NCBI RefSeq assembly: GCF_048593235.1
Contig: NC_133617.1
Span: 9,367,607-9,431,606, forward strand
Length of the DNA: 64,000 nucleotides
Origin: Sminthopsis crassicaudata
Taxonomy: Eukaryota
Reading direction: 5' to 3'
The notes below the pieces were generated by a model, which saw only the letters and a list, made by a program, of their open reading frames with translations, made no database searches and had not been told where the DNA came from. Every line of letters starts with the position of its first letter. The first letter of the stretch is position 1. The translations under genes were made by a program, and so were the position numbers. This document shows, one piece after another, positions 35,301 through 51,600 of the stretch.

Positions 35301-36601
35301 GTCTTTAGACGCTGACTAGGGACCCCCTTCAATCAGACCATTTGTGTAAGGTCGTTGTTTAAAACGCTTTTCAGACATCAAGACAAGCGGTGAATTCTCA
35401 CCTTCTTACCCTTTCTGAGCCCTGAAAGCTGCGCCTACTCTGGGGAGACTTGGAACTTGAGATAAAATCTCTTATTGTAACCTTGCTTTTTCTCTCTCCT
35501 AGAGCCCGGGCTGTCAATAACTTCGGTACTAGCCAATGAAGGGGAAGGGGCGGGGCTAAGCTTCCAGCCAGGACGCCCGCCCTGTCCAGAAAAGCTCCCC
35601 GGGTCTTGGGGGAGTTCTAGGGGAGAGGCTCCGACAGCGCCGCCCTGCTCCCGGCCTCACAGGGAGGCTCACGGGAGGCCTACGGGAGGACCGTTCTAAG
35701 GGGAAAGAAGAGTCTGCCCCTCCGGCTACTTGTGGGCCGGGCTCCTGGAGGAGACGCCTCCTGCTGGACCTGGGGGGCGGGGGAGGGAGCAGGGGAGAGG
35801 AGGCACGGCCTGAGCAAAGGCCGGGAGGCTGGAGACGAGAAGCAGCGTTAGCCAGTGAGGCGGACACCGGGCAGGCAGGGGAGCAGCCTAATGGATACGG
35901 GTCTGGGAGGTACCCGGGGATCCTGCGGTGGGGAAGGGTTCCGAGCTGGGCCGGGACTGAGAAGATGCCACAGGACGACACAGACCCGGGCCACTCCCGC
36001 CCCACGTGTCCCCCAGCCCCGCTGCTCTCCCAAACCCCGCCCCATCCCTAGGCCTCCAGCATCCAATCCGTCCCCTCCCCCCTTCAGCAAACAAACGGAC
36101 CCCCGGGGGCCCGGGAGGGCTCCTTCCGCCAGGCCGCCCGCCATTCTCAGACCGCATTCCTCCTTTTCGGCCCCAGGCCCGGCGCACAGCAGGCTTTTTT
36201 AACTCGTCGTTACCGGGGTTACTCCCTCCTTAGACCGTAAGCTCCCGGAGGGCAGGCCTATCTGGTCCTAGGCACAGTAGGACTAAACTAAAGGGTCACT
36301 AAAAGGTTGCTCCGCCCTCGAGCCACGTGCGCCGGCACAAGACAGTAAGCGCCCAGAGGGCGGGCAGGCGGACACCGTCGGGCCACGCTATCGCCCCCTG
36401 TTGGAGAACGATCGGCGGTCCCCACGCACGCGCACTACGCACCCGGGCCACCAGTCCCGCCCCGCGCATGCGCACGCTTGCACGCAGCACGTACGCGTCC
36501 GTCCGGCGGGGGCGCGCTCACCTGTGGAAGGAGATCCCGCGGGTCCGGGTCTCGCGCGTGTCGCGGGTGCAGCAGCCCGCGGCCGAGCAGTGCCGGGGCA
36601 T
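29328..36601 (-). CDS. THAP7: THAP7 (THAP zinc-finger protein 7), 311 aa, 4 exons
   Basis: Minus-strand exons 36601-36522, 30429-30274, 30186-30046 and 29886-29328 (TGA) total 936 nt in frame. Translation: [93 protein letters not shown] (C2CH THAP domain with AVPTIF box), then the EHSY HCF-binding motif and a coiled coil. Confidence 0.97.
31887..32022 (+). mobile_element. tRNA-derived CORE-SINE (WSINE1-like)
   Basis: GGGGCAGCTAGGTGGCGCAGTGG (A box), GAGTTCAAATC (B box), CORE GGGCAAGTCACTTAACCCC, short A tail. Confidence 0.88.
32361..33550 (+). mobile_element. 5'-truncated L1 (ORF2 C-terminus, 3' UTR, poly-A) in THAP7 intron 1, antisense to THAP7
   Basis: Peptides [15 protein letters not shown]...[29 protein letters not shown] and [13 protein letters not shown]...; A-tail at ~33532-33549; TSD AATACAGCT at 32352-32360 and 33551-33559. 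Confidence 0.93.
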
Positions 36602-36960
36602 CTGCGGGAGATATGACGGAAAGATGTGGTCTTAGCCCCCGCGAGGCTCCTCCCTCCGCCGCTCGAACCGCGTCTTCCCGGCTCTTCCTGCCCCTCCCCC
36701 CGTCCGGCCTCGCCCCCTCCCCCCCCGTCCGGATCCGCCCCCGGCCCCTCTCCCCCTCGGCCGCACTCACGGCTCCTCCATCGCGACGCCGCGGACGTGG
36801 TCTCGCGAGAGCGCGCTCACCGTTATAGGGCGTATAAGCTGGAGGAGGCGGAGCCTGCGCCTGCGTAAAAGTTGGGGCGAGCGGTCGGGTTACCCAGAAG
36901 GCAGCGCGGCCTCGGGAGGAGAGAGCGAGACGCCGTAGGAAGGCGTGGACTGGGAGGGGG
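36300..36960. promoter_or_regulatory. THAP7 CpG-island promoter with a TCTCGCGAGA palindrome and an NRF1 site
   Basis: TCTCGCGAGA (BANP/ZBTB33-associated motif) at 36801-36810; GCGCATGCGCA at 36464-36474 just inside intron 1; dense CpG and GC boxes. Confidence 0.75.
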
Positions 36961-37302
36961 CGGGACGGGCCGAGGTCGCCTCTAAGTGTGGTGTCTGTAA
37001 CTGTTCCCCCAAGAAATAGTTATTCCTGATGTAGACTTGGGTAAACTGAAGCCGCGAAGGGGGAGAAAAGGATGGGAGCGGGCACTTATTTAGCTCCTCC
37101 TGTATACCTGGAAGGCAGGTGCTGTGAGGACCCCCATTTTGCAGATGAGGAAACTGAGGCAGAGGCGAAATGATCAGTCCGGGCCACAGAGCTGGGGCCA
37201 GGCCGTGCGCAGCCGTCCGGGAGCTTCCCGGCCGACCGGGGAGGACTGCACAAAAGGAAGCTGGAAGTTGGGGGAGGGGCGGGAATAGGAGGGCTGGCCT
37301 GG

Positions 37303-37411
37303 AAGTGACTTGTCCAGGGTCACAGATCTTGTCTTGAGGTTTGATTTGAACTCGGGACTTCCTGACTCAAGGCCCAGCACTCTGTGCGCTGTGGTGCCCC
37401 CTAGTGGTCCC
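37303..37411 (-). mobile_element. CORE-SINE upstream of THAP7
   Basis: AAGTGACTTGTCCAGGGTCAC...GATTTGAACTC is the reverse complement of the core and B box. Confidence 0.75.
37392..37409 (-). promoter_or_regulatory. CTCF-like motif in the head of a SINE
   Basis: The minus strand reads GACCACTAGGGGGCACCA. Confidence 0.55.
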
Positions 37412-37959
37412 TGCCACCATTTTTGACTTCAGCAGAGGTGGGGCCTGCTGCCTGTGGCCATTCTCACCCCCTCCGACTCCGGCCTCCACTTTCCATACAC
37501 ATCTTTAAGTCCTTATCTAATGGGGGTCGCCTTATCTAATGGTGGACTCCCTGGGTCAGGATTTTCGGAGTCCTGTAGCCGGGCCGCGGGACCCTGGGGG
37601 GACAAGGAGAATACACCGAGCAGGGGAGTTGTGTGTATGACTGCTTCGGGGCAGCTGGGTGGGTGGTGCTGCACTGGGCCTGGAGTCAAGAAACTCTTCT
37701 CATCTGCCTCAGACGCTAGCAGCGGGAGCCTGGGCAAGTCACTGAGTCCTGATGTGATTCAGGAGACAGTCCTTAATTCCAAGTGAAGTGTTTGGGGTTC
37801 AGCACCACATGTTGGGGTTGGGGCACGGGAAGAATTCACAATGGCCATTCCTTTTGGCGAAGGTGTTAGGAGAAGAGGTCACAGACAAAATGAAGAGGTA
37901 GACAGCAGGAAATAAGAGGTGGGAGAGCATTTGCAGCAAGGGGAGGGTTGTTTTCTAAC

Positions 37960-38175
37960 AATTAATGATGGATCCAAGGCAATCCCAACAAACTTTGGAT
38001 GGAAAACACCATCTGCATGGAGAGAGAACGAGGGAGAACGAATGTACATCAGCACGTGCTAGGTTCACTTTTTTTTTCTCTCATGGTTTCCCCCTTTTGC
38101 TCTGATTTTTTTTTTTTCTCTACCAACAAGATTCATACAGAAATGTGTATTTAAAAAAATAAATGTACATGAATA
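37960..38175 (+). mobile_element. Old L1 3' UTR fragment; related copies at ~30680-30815 (+) and ~62835-62940 (-)
   Basis: Shared block tttttctctcatggtttcccc...caacatgattcata...tgtgtattaaaaataaat. Confidence 0.6.
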
Positions 38176-38966
38176 ATCAGAATAATAAAGGAAACAATAA
38201 AATGATGGAAAAGACAAGCTCTCTAGTGAAACAACTAAAAGAAAGGAAATCCTCTGAAGTATTCCGTGGACTGGTAACCCGAAAAGGGGTTTAGCACCTT
38301 AAAAAAGTGAGCTATGAGGAGAAAAACCTCACGAGGCATGGTGGGGAATAAAACGAGACACCCCAGAGTTAAAGGGCTGTGACGATCTACAACCCCCAGA
38401 GTGAGCAAAAATGGCATGGGCAATGGACTGATTTGTAGGGGAAATTTAACTTCAGAGCTCTGACCCAAGTCAGATCTCTGGCCAGACATAGCAAGGTAGG
38501 ACTAGCCATGACTTCCACAGAGGGATCCCCATCAGTGCCCTTCCCTGCTTGCCTCAGGAGTAATTTTATCAGTACTCCCTGAAGCAAGCAGGACTTTCTC
38601 TGCCACGCCACCTAATTACTCAGGAACTCATCAATCCTATTTGTCTTTAGTTTGCTCATCTGTAAAATGGACTAAAGAAAATGGCAAACTACTCCTATGT
38701 CTTTGCCACAAAAACCTAAGCGTTATGAACAGTTGACTGAAATGATTGAAGCAATGACATGGTTGGCAAGGGCTCCAGCCAAAGGCAGAGATGAGCTAAA
38801 GGGGAGCTGGCCCAAGTGGCCTTCAAGTGGGGCCTGAGCAAACACCCTCACACAGGCTTTGGAAACTCACAAAAGTGCCAAGTTCCTGCCCTTAAGGAAC
38901 TGACCTTGTGTTGGTTATTGAATTCCCTGCACATTTCCCCAGGTATCAATTTGGAGTCTGAAAACT

Positions 38967-38970
<4 letters not shown>

Positions 38971-39007
<37 letters not shown>
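38971..39007. repeat. A37 mononucleotide run
   Basis: 37 consecutive A with no adjacent SINE or L1 body. Confidence 0.95.
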
Positions 39008-39010
<3 letters not shown>

Positions 39011-39699
39011 TGCCTGTGTTCTGATGGGCTTCCTTTGGGTCCTGGTTTCTGTACTTAAAACATTCTGCAGGCTGGCAGGCCTCGGGCTGGCACAGGACCC
39101 CAGATGCCAACTGGGCATTTGGCTGATTGGGGATTCTTTGTGAATTGGCTACAGAATTTCATTCCTTTGAATGTCTAAGGATCAGAGTTTAGGGAATCTC
39201 AAGATCATGTGGCTTGCCATTACTTAGCAGAAGGGGAAACCGAGGCCTAGAGAATGGGACCAGGATTTGGACTCAGCTGACCCTGAAGTCCGGGTTCTTG
39301 CTCCCACTAGCGGGTGGTCTAGCAGCTCTATGCCAGGCTGGTGCCGCTCACTTGAGGCAGGAGTGCCCTCTGGTGGTTCTGACCAGGACTGCACAGTCAC
39401 AAGCCCAATCCTAGCAGGAGCCCCAGCACTGAGGCCTCCAGGGGTTCAGGGCTGATGCCAGGAGCTAGCTTAGCTTCCTGCTTCCCTCTCAAGCAGCCTC
39501 AGGCAGGGGCTGAGGGGGAGTGGGTCACTGCTGCCAGTCACCAAGCCCAGCAGTCCTAGGGGCCCAAGCAGGGCCTAAGCCTACCCTCAAATGGCCCCCC
39601 CTCCCCAGGGAGACTTCCCATGAAGATGGGCACCTATGGCCCGGGAATCCAGGGGTTTGTGAGTAACAGAAAAGACCAAACTGCTTCAAAAGGGAAACA

Positions 39700-39705
39700 T
39701 TTATT
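39700..39705 (-). terminator. Tubulin polyadenylation signal
   Basis: AATAAA on the minus strand (TTTATT on +), 72 nt after the stop codon. Confidence 0.85.
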
Positions 39706-39776
39706 CGTAAACAAATTATGTAACCAGTTATATTTTTGGGGGGTGGGAGGCAAGGCTCCCCGGCATTCCTCTTCAA

Positions 39777-45860
<6,084 letters not shown>

Positions 45861-45899
45861 GATGAGACGCCAACACCGACACCTCAGCCCTCAACGACC

Positions 45900-46440
45900 A
45901 GCAACCGACTGAGGGCGCGCCCGGCTTCGGTGCGCGCCGCCCGCCGTGCTGCGCTCGCTGATTGGCCGTCCGTCCGAACGCCGTCGCTCATTGGCTGAGT
46001 CCGACCGAGGCGCGCCCGCAGAAAGGGCGCCACGAGCTCCAGGTGCCGGACGTCGGACGCGAGGCGCTGGACGCTGGACGCTGCACGCGGGTACTTGAGG
46101 AGTCACGGAGTTATTGCGCCTGCGCCGCGCGCCCTTCCCTGCCTCCCCGCCCCACTCTGCCCTGGCATGTAGCTTCTAGGCCTGCTTGAGAGAGGAGACC
46201 CGGCTGAAAGCCGCCCCCCCCCAGGGGTTGACTTTCCCCATAAAATGGGTACAGGCTCCCAGAGAAAGCAGCGCGGTCAGCTCTGCCTCCCTGTGGGCCC
46301 GAGTCCGGCCCACAAACTGGCCTTTCCCTGCCCGGCCTCGGCCCCTTTCAGCGCTTCTGGACCGCCGCGGGTCACGTGGCTCCGGCCCGGTGTTAGTTCT
46401 GGGGGGCGGGGCGAATCAGCGCTGATCGATTGGTGATGAT
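45900..46440. promoter_or_regulatory. Tubulin CpG-island promoter: CCAAT boxes, E-box, GC box
   Basis: ATTGG at 45961-45965 and 45990-45994 (CCAAT on the gene strand), 100-135 nt upstream of the ATG. A second cluster has CACGTG at 46373-46378, a GC box at ~46403-46412 and ATTGG at 46429-46433. Confidence 0.65.
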
Positions 46441-48610
46441 CCTAAGGGCAAGCCGTGGGGGGAGGGGCGTGCTTGGGGCTCCCCCTGCGGGCATGGGCGT
46501 GGCCGGGGTGTGCCGTGTCCTGAGGCGGCTTTCCCTTGGACTGAAGCCCCGAGGCGGGGAAGCAGCGCCGAGCCCGGTGGCCACCGAGGGGGGGGGGCGG
46601 GGCGGACTGGACCTGGAACGGCACTTCTGGCTCTGCTGCCCTCCCCCCACCGCTTCCGCCTCCCTGCCCCAACTCGGGGTGGGGGTTGGACCCAAAGCCC
46701 GTGGGAATGCTGCTGGGGATCTCCACGGCCCTGGGGACCCTCCCCTCTGATCCTGCTGCCCGCGGGAGTGCCAGGACGGGAATCCGCGGCCCCTCGGGTC
46801 CCTGGCTCTCCGCTCCCACGTGGAGGCGCCCCGCCCAAACTAGTCTGGCACTAGCAGCGAGCTGGGGGGGCGGGGGGGGGCCCCGCACCAGGGCCAGGCA
46901 GGACGGGCCGAGGGGCGAGGCCTGGGACCTCACGGAAAGGCCTTGAACACAGGAGGCGCTTAATAAGTGCTGGTTTAGGCAGCCAAGGCCTTGTCACTAA
47001 TGTGGTATTTTGTGCCCAGAGGGCCCCCGGTGCTGCCCCCCCCCTTTCTGCAAGAGTAAACCATCCTTGGGAAACTTGTCCCATCCCACCTGAGAGAGCT
47101 GGGACGGAAGAGAGGCAGGGTCCGTTCCCCGGAAGGGAAGACTAAAGGGAGCCTGTGGGCAGGCCGGGCACCGCGGCAGGTAGTGAGTTCCCCAGCCCCA
47201 CAGGTGTCTGAGCAGACGCTGGACATAGGCCAGTGTAAGGGGCCTCTGAGGGGGTCAGGCTGGCCTCCTCCGTGAAGCCCCAGGGGGCCGGGCCTTGTGC
47301 AGGAGCACAGCTGTCGGCTGGAAATGGGCGCGCGGTCCGAGGGAGGGACAGGACTATGGAGAGAAGCTTCTAGGCTTTATAGACAGAAAGAACCTCCCGG
47401 CCCTTGGACACCCCCATTTTACAGGTGAGGAAAACCAAGGCCCCGGAGGAGAGGGACTTGTTCCCAGTTACACAGTGCCAGGATTCTCAGACTGCAGAGC
47501 ACGGAGTCTCTTCTTTGAAAGGGCTGCATGTTGAGCAAACATGAAGTGCCTACTGCATGCAGAACTACCAGGCCCTTGGCATGGTTGGCACGGCTCCTGC
47601 CCTTGTGGGGCTCACAGTCTCTCATGCTGGAGGCCTTCGAGGGGGCTGGGGGGTTGGCGACGCCCTTGGAGTGGGTAACAAAGGGAGTGAGTTCAGCCCA
47701 GGTCCATGAGGAAAAGGTGGGACTGGGGAACAGGGACTGCCCCTGCCTGCCTGGAGGTCCCTGGGGGTGACCAGCGGGCCGGGGAATGGCTGGGGCTGGG
47801 GGAGGAGCCCACTAGGCTAAGGCCCCTTCCTACCTCTCCCCCCCCCATCCCATGGAAGCCCGCAAGCTGGGAGCGCTGCTGGTCCCTCCTGGGGCTCCGG
47901 GCCTGCCCCCGTGTCCCGCTGCTTCTGATCAGCAGCTGCAAGGCCGGGGCATCCCCCATGTTCTCACCTTCGGTCCCTCCCCCTGCACTTGCCTGCCTGG
48001 GCTCTGAGAAGGGGAGCCCGTGCTCTTTGGGGCTCAAACAAGTCCCCAAAGTCTTGCCCACCACCCAGGGCTGTGCTGAGGGGCTGAGAGGGTGGATCTC
48101 TCGGTGGGGTCCCGGCCTCTGGCCTGGACGGAGGGACTCCCCGGCCTGTCTGGGCTGGTGACCTGAGGTCGGGATGAGCCAGAGGGGGGGCGTGGGGAGG
48201 TAGCACAGGGGGAGGGCTCAGGGCGTCACAGAGGGGGGATACACCCCATGCAGTCAACACAGCAGACACTGAGGGTACTGGAAACGACCGTTAAAGCTTA
48301 GTGAGAAAGAGACCAGGTGGGCCGGAGGCTTTGGCCTCCGCAGGCCAGAGCTCGAGGCCGGCAGAGGCGGGAGCAGAGGCGGGAGCCCGGGCGAGCTTTC
48401 CCGGAGCCGCAGTGAGCCCCAGGGACGGTGGGCGGGGCAGGCCAGTGGGTGACTGTCCAGAGTCCTTGTGCAGGGGAGCTCTGTCCCAAGGGGGCTCGAG
48501 GGCGATTCCATGATTCTAGGACATGGGCGCCCAGGCTGCTGCAGCCCTCCAGGAAGGCAGGGACGATTCCTGGGGGACAGATGACAGCAGCCACGTTCCA
48601 AGGCATCGCT

Positions 48611-51600
48611 CTAGGCCCGGGGGTTGCCGTGCTTGATACAGAGCTGGGGGGAGACCTCTTTCATAGAGCAAGCCAGGTCCTCAAAGTCTTTGTTTAGGTG
48701 GATGTCCTGCAGGGGAGAAGGGCTCAGTGGTTACTGCGGGCACCGCCAGTGCCCCTGGGTGGCCTGGAAGCCACCGTCCAAACTGGACACCCCCCAGGCT
48801 GGGCCCGCCCCAAGGGCCCAGGGGGAAGCTCAGGAGCTCACGGCCCATTGCCAGGCCCTGCCTGCTCAATTAGAGCTTTGCTGCCTGTAGATGGCGCTAG
48901 GGGGCACCAGGGGGCGCTGGAGTCGGGAAACGCACCTTCCCGAGTGCCTATCTGGCCTCACACACTCCCTAGCTGCCAGACCCTGTTTGCCTCAGTTCCT
49001 CATCTGTACAAATGGGCTGGAGAAGGACATGCAAATCACTTCTGTGTCTGCCAGCAGATCCTAAGCTGGGGGTGGGGGGAGACAGGGGGGAGGGCAAGGA
49101 CTGCCTTGGCTAAGTTTGCTCAGCAACAATCCTCAGGGCTTCGCACAGCGCGGGCCACCTCGGGGAGGCGCTTAACGCATGCTTGATGAACGAACGAATG
49201 AATGAGTGAATGATTCCCCCATGAAGGCGGCACCATCTCTGCCCCCTACAGCAATGGGAGCTGTTATGGGGAGGAGGAGGATCCAGAGGCAAAGGGGAGG
49301 GGAGGGTAAATGGAGCCCCCCCCCCCCCATTCTGGCCCCTTCCAGGATCGAGGTTGTGACTCTGACCCCACCCTTTGCTCTCTGCATAAGGGAGAGGGAG
49401 GGGAAGATGCTTCCGGACCACGCCCACCCTGGAAAAGCTGCTCCCAGACACGCCCACCCCACTCCCTCCCGCCCTTTCCCACCCTGGGCTGAGTCGCCTG
49501 CTCTGCCCAGGGATCCCAGAGGGCCGCAGCCCCGCACCCCCCTGGACCCTTTTAAGGCATCCTTATGTTTGAATTACTCGAATTATTCGGGCCCGTCCCC
49601 GCCTCCTAATTACCGAGAAATCCAAAACCACTAGGCCCGAGGATGGATTCGTGTGGACGGCCTTGAGGATGGCGAGGCAGCCCTCGCTCCGCATGGGGTT
49701 CCTGCCCATCTGCAGAGAGAGAAGGGGGCGCTCAGCCTGGGCACAGCGGAAGTTCGGGCTTCGAAAGTCACGCGGACGTTCACCCGGCCCGGGACCGCAA
49801 ACAAGTAACCCCTGGGAGCCCCGGTTTCTCCTCTGTAAATGGGAGACAGCCCGCCTCACGGGATTATGGGGGGCTTCAGTGAACTAAGGGATGCAAGGAG
49901 CAAACCCCGGGCTGGCAGCCAGGGTCTCCACAGTCCCGAAGCGCCCCCATCCCAGGTTCTCGGAGCGGGGACCTGGGGTCACCCAGGGCAGCTCCAGCAG
50001 GGTTTGGAACAGAACCCGCTAAATGATCCTCTTCTCCGGATGCTCTTGGGACCCAGAGAAGGGGGTGCCCACTACCTCTCCTGGTGCTCCCCAGGCCTTT
50101 CCCTGTGGGACCTCCCCGAGGTCGGGGCCGGCCCTTTCCCCATGGGACCTCCCCGAGGTCGGGGCCGGCCCTTTCCCCGTGGGACCTCCCCGAGGTCGGG
50201 GCCGGCCCTTTCCCCGTGGGACCTCCCCGAGGTCGGGGCCGGCCCTTTCCCCGTGGGACCTCCCCGAGGTCGGGGCCCGGCCCTTTCCCCGTGGGACCTT
50301 CCCCGAGGTCGGGGCCCGGCCCTTTCCCGTGGGACCTTCCCCGAGGTCGGGGGGCCCGGCCCTTTCCCCTGGGACCTCCCCGAGGTCGGGTCCAGACTCA
50401 CCGAGAGGCTCCTCAGAGTGCGGTTTTCGCCCAGTCCGTTGGAGAAGCGGAGGGCCCCGGGCAGCGAGATGCGGTTGTTACTTTAGAGAGAAGACGGGAG
50501 TTACTGATGGCTTAAAACCAGCTAGTGATCCCTCAGCGGGTCACAGGGTGGTGGCGAGCCCAACCACGGGGGCAGGAGAGGCCGGGGAGTTTGGAGATGG
50601 GGAAACTGAGGTTCGGAGGGGAACGATGTCACACGGGTGGCAGAGGGCAGGGAGGGCGGACACCACACGAGGCTCAGATTCACAAAACATCAGGATTTCC
50701 CATTTCCTTCCATCCCCGGCCTTGTTTGCAGAGGCTGGAAGTGGAGTGGAGGGAGTGGGGGAAGGGCAAGTGAGCACAGGGACGTGAGCAACCCGTAGAA
50801 ATGTAAATATCAAAGCGTTTCTGGCTTTGCAGCCCTTGCACCGAGGGCCAGGCGCATAGTAGGCACTTTGTAAACGCTGGCTGAAGCCGCCCGCTTCTCC
50901 CCTTCTCCCACGCCCCTCCTTGGCTTGTGCCCTCCCCTCCGAGGTTACCCGATCCACCTGCAGCCTGGACTTATTCAAGTCGTCACTTTATCTCCCTGGG
51001 AGGGAGGTGCTGTTATGATGCCCATTTTACAGTTGAGGAAACTGAGGCAAACGAGTGAAGTGACTTGCCCACGGTCACATGGCTCCTAAGTGTCCCAGGC
51101 TGGATTTGAACCCCCGCATCCTTCCACCTACTTCTATCTACTCTCTCTGTTTTGTCTGCACAGATTTGCTTGTTATCCTCAGGAGATCAGCAAAGTAAGC
51201 CCCTACCCCCGGAGGGCGGGGAAAGGGGCGGGGCCACGAGGGCGGGGCGCTCACCTCATGTTGAGCTCCTCCAGCACCCCATTGACTCTCAGAGCCTCCC
51301 CCATGGCGGCTGCTCCATCATCGCCGAAGCCATTGTAGGAGAGGTCCAGCACCTTTAGGTACGTGTTGACCTGTGGAATGAGGACACACTGCTCGGTGAG
51401 GATGCTGAGGAGCAGGGGTGGGGAAGAAGAAGAAAGGAGGAGGAAGGGGAGGAGAAAAAAGAAGGGGGAGGAGGAAGGAGGGAATGGGGGAAATAGGAGT
51501 ATTAAGGGAAAAAAGGGGAGAAGGGAAAGGGGGAAATGGGAGAAATGAGGAAGGAAAAGAAGAAAGGGAAAAAGGGAAAAGAAGGAAGGAGAGGAGGAAG

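Noticed and set aside
37798-37808. TTCAGCACCAC, left half of a REST/RE1 site
   Set aside because: The right half (GGACAG) is absent.
38971-39007. A37 run as a tail-only retro-insertion
   Set aside because: Flanks (aaaactt/aaagctt) are too weak to call a TSD; treated as a simple repeat.
50098-50386. CRISPR-like appearance (37-bp palindromic repeat)
   Set aside because: Units are head-to-tail with no spacers, there are no cas genes, and the context is a mammalian intron.
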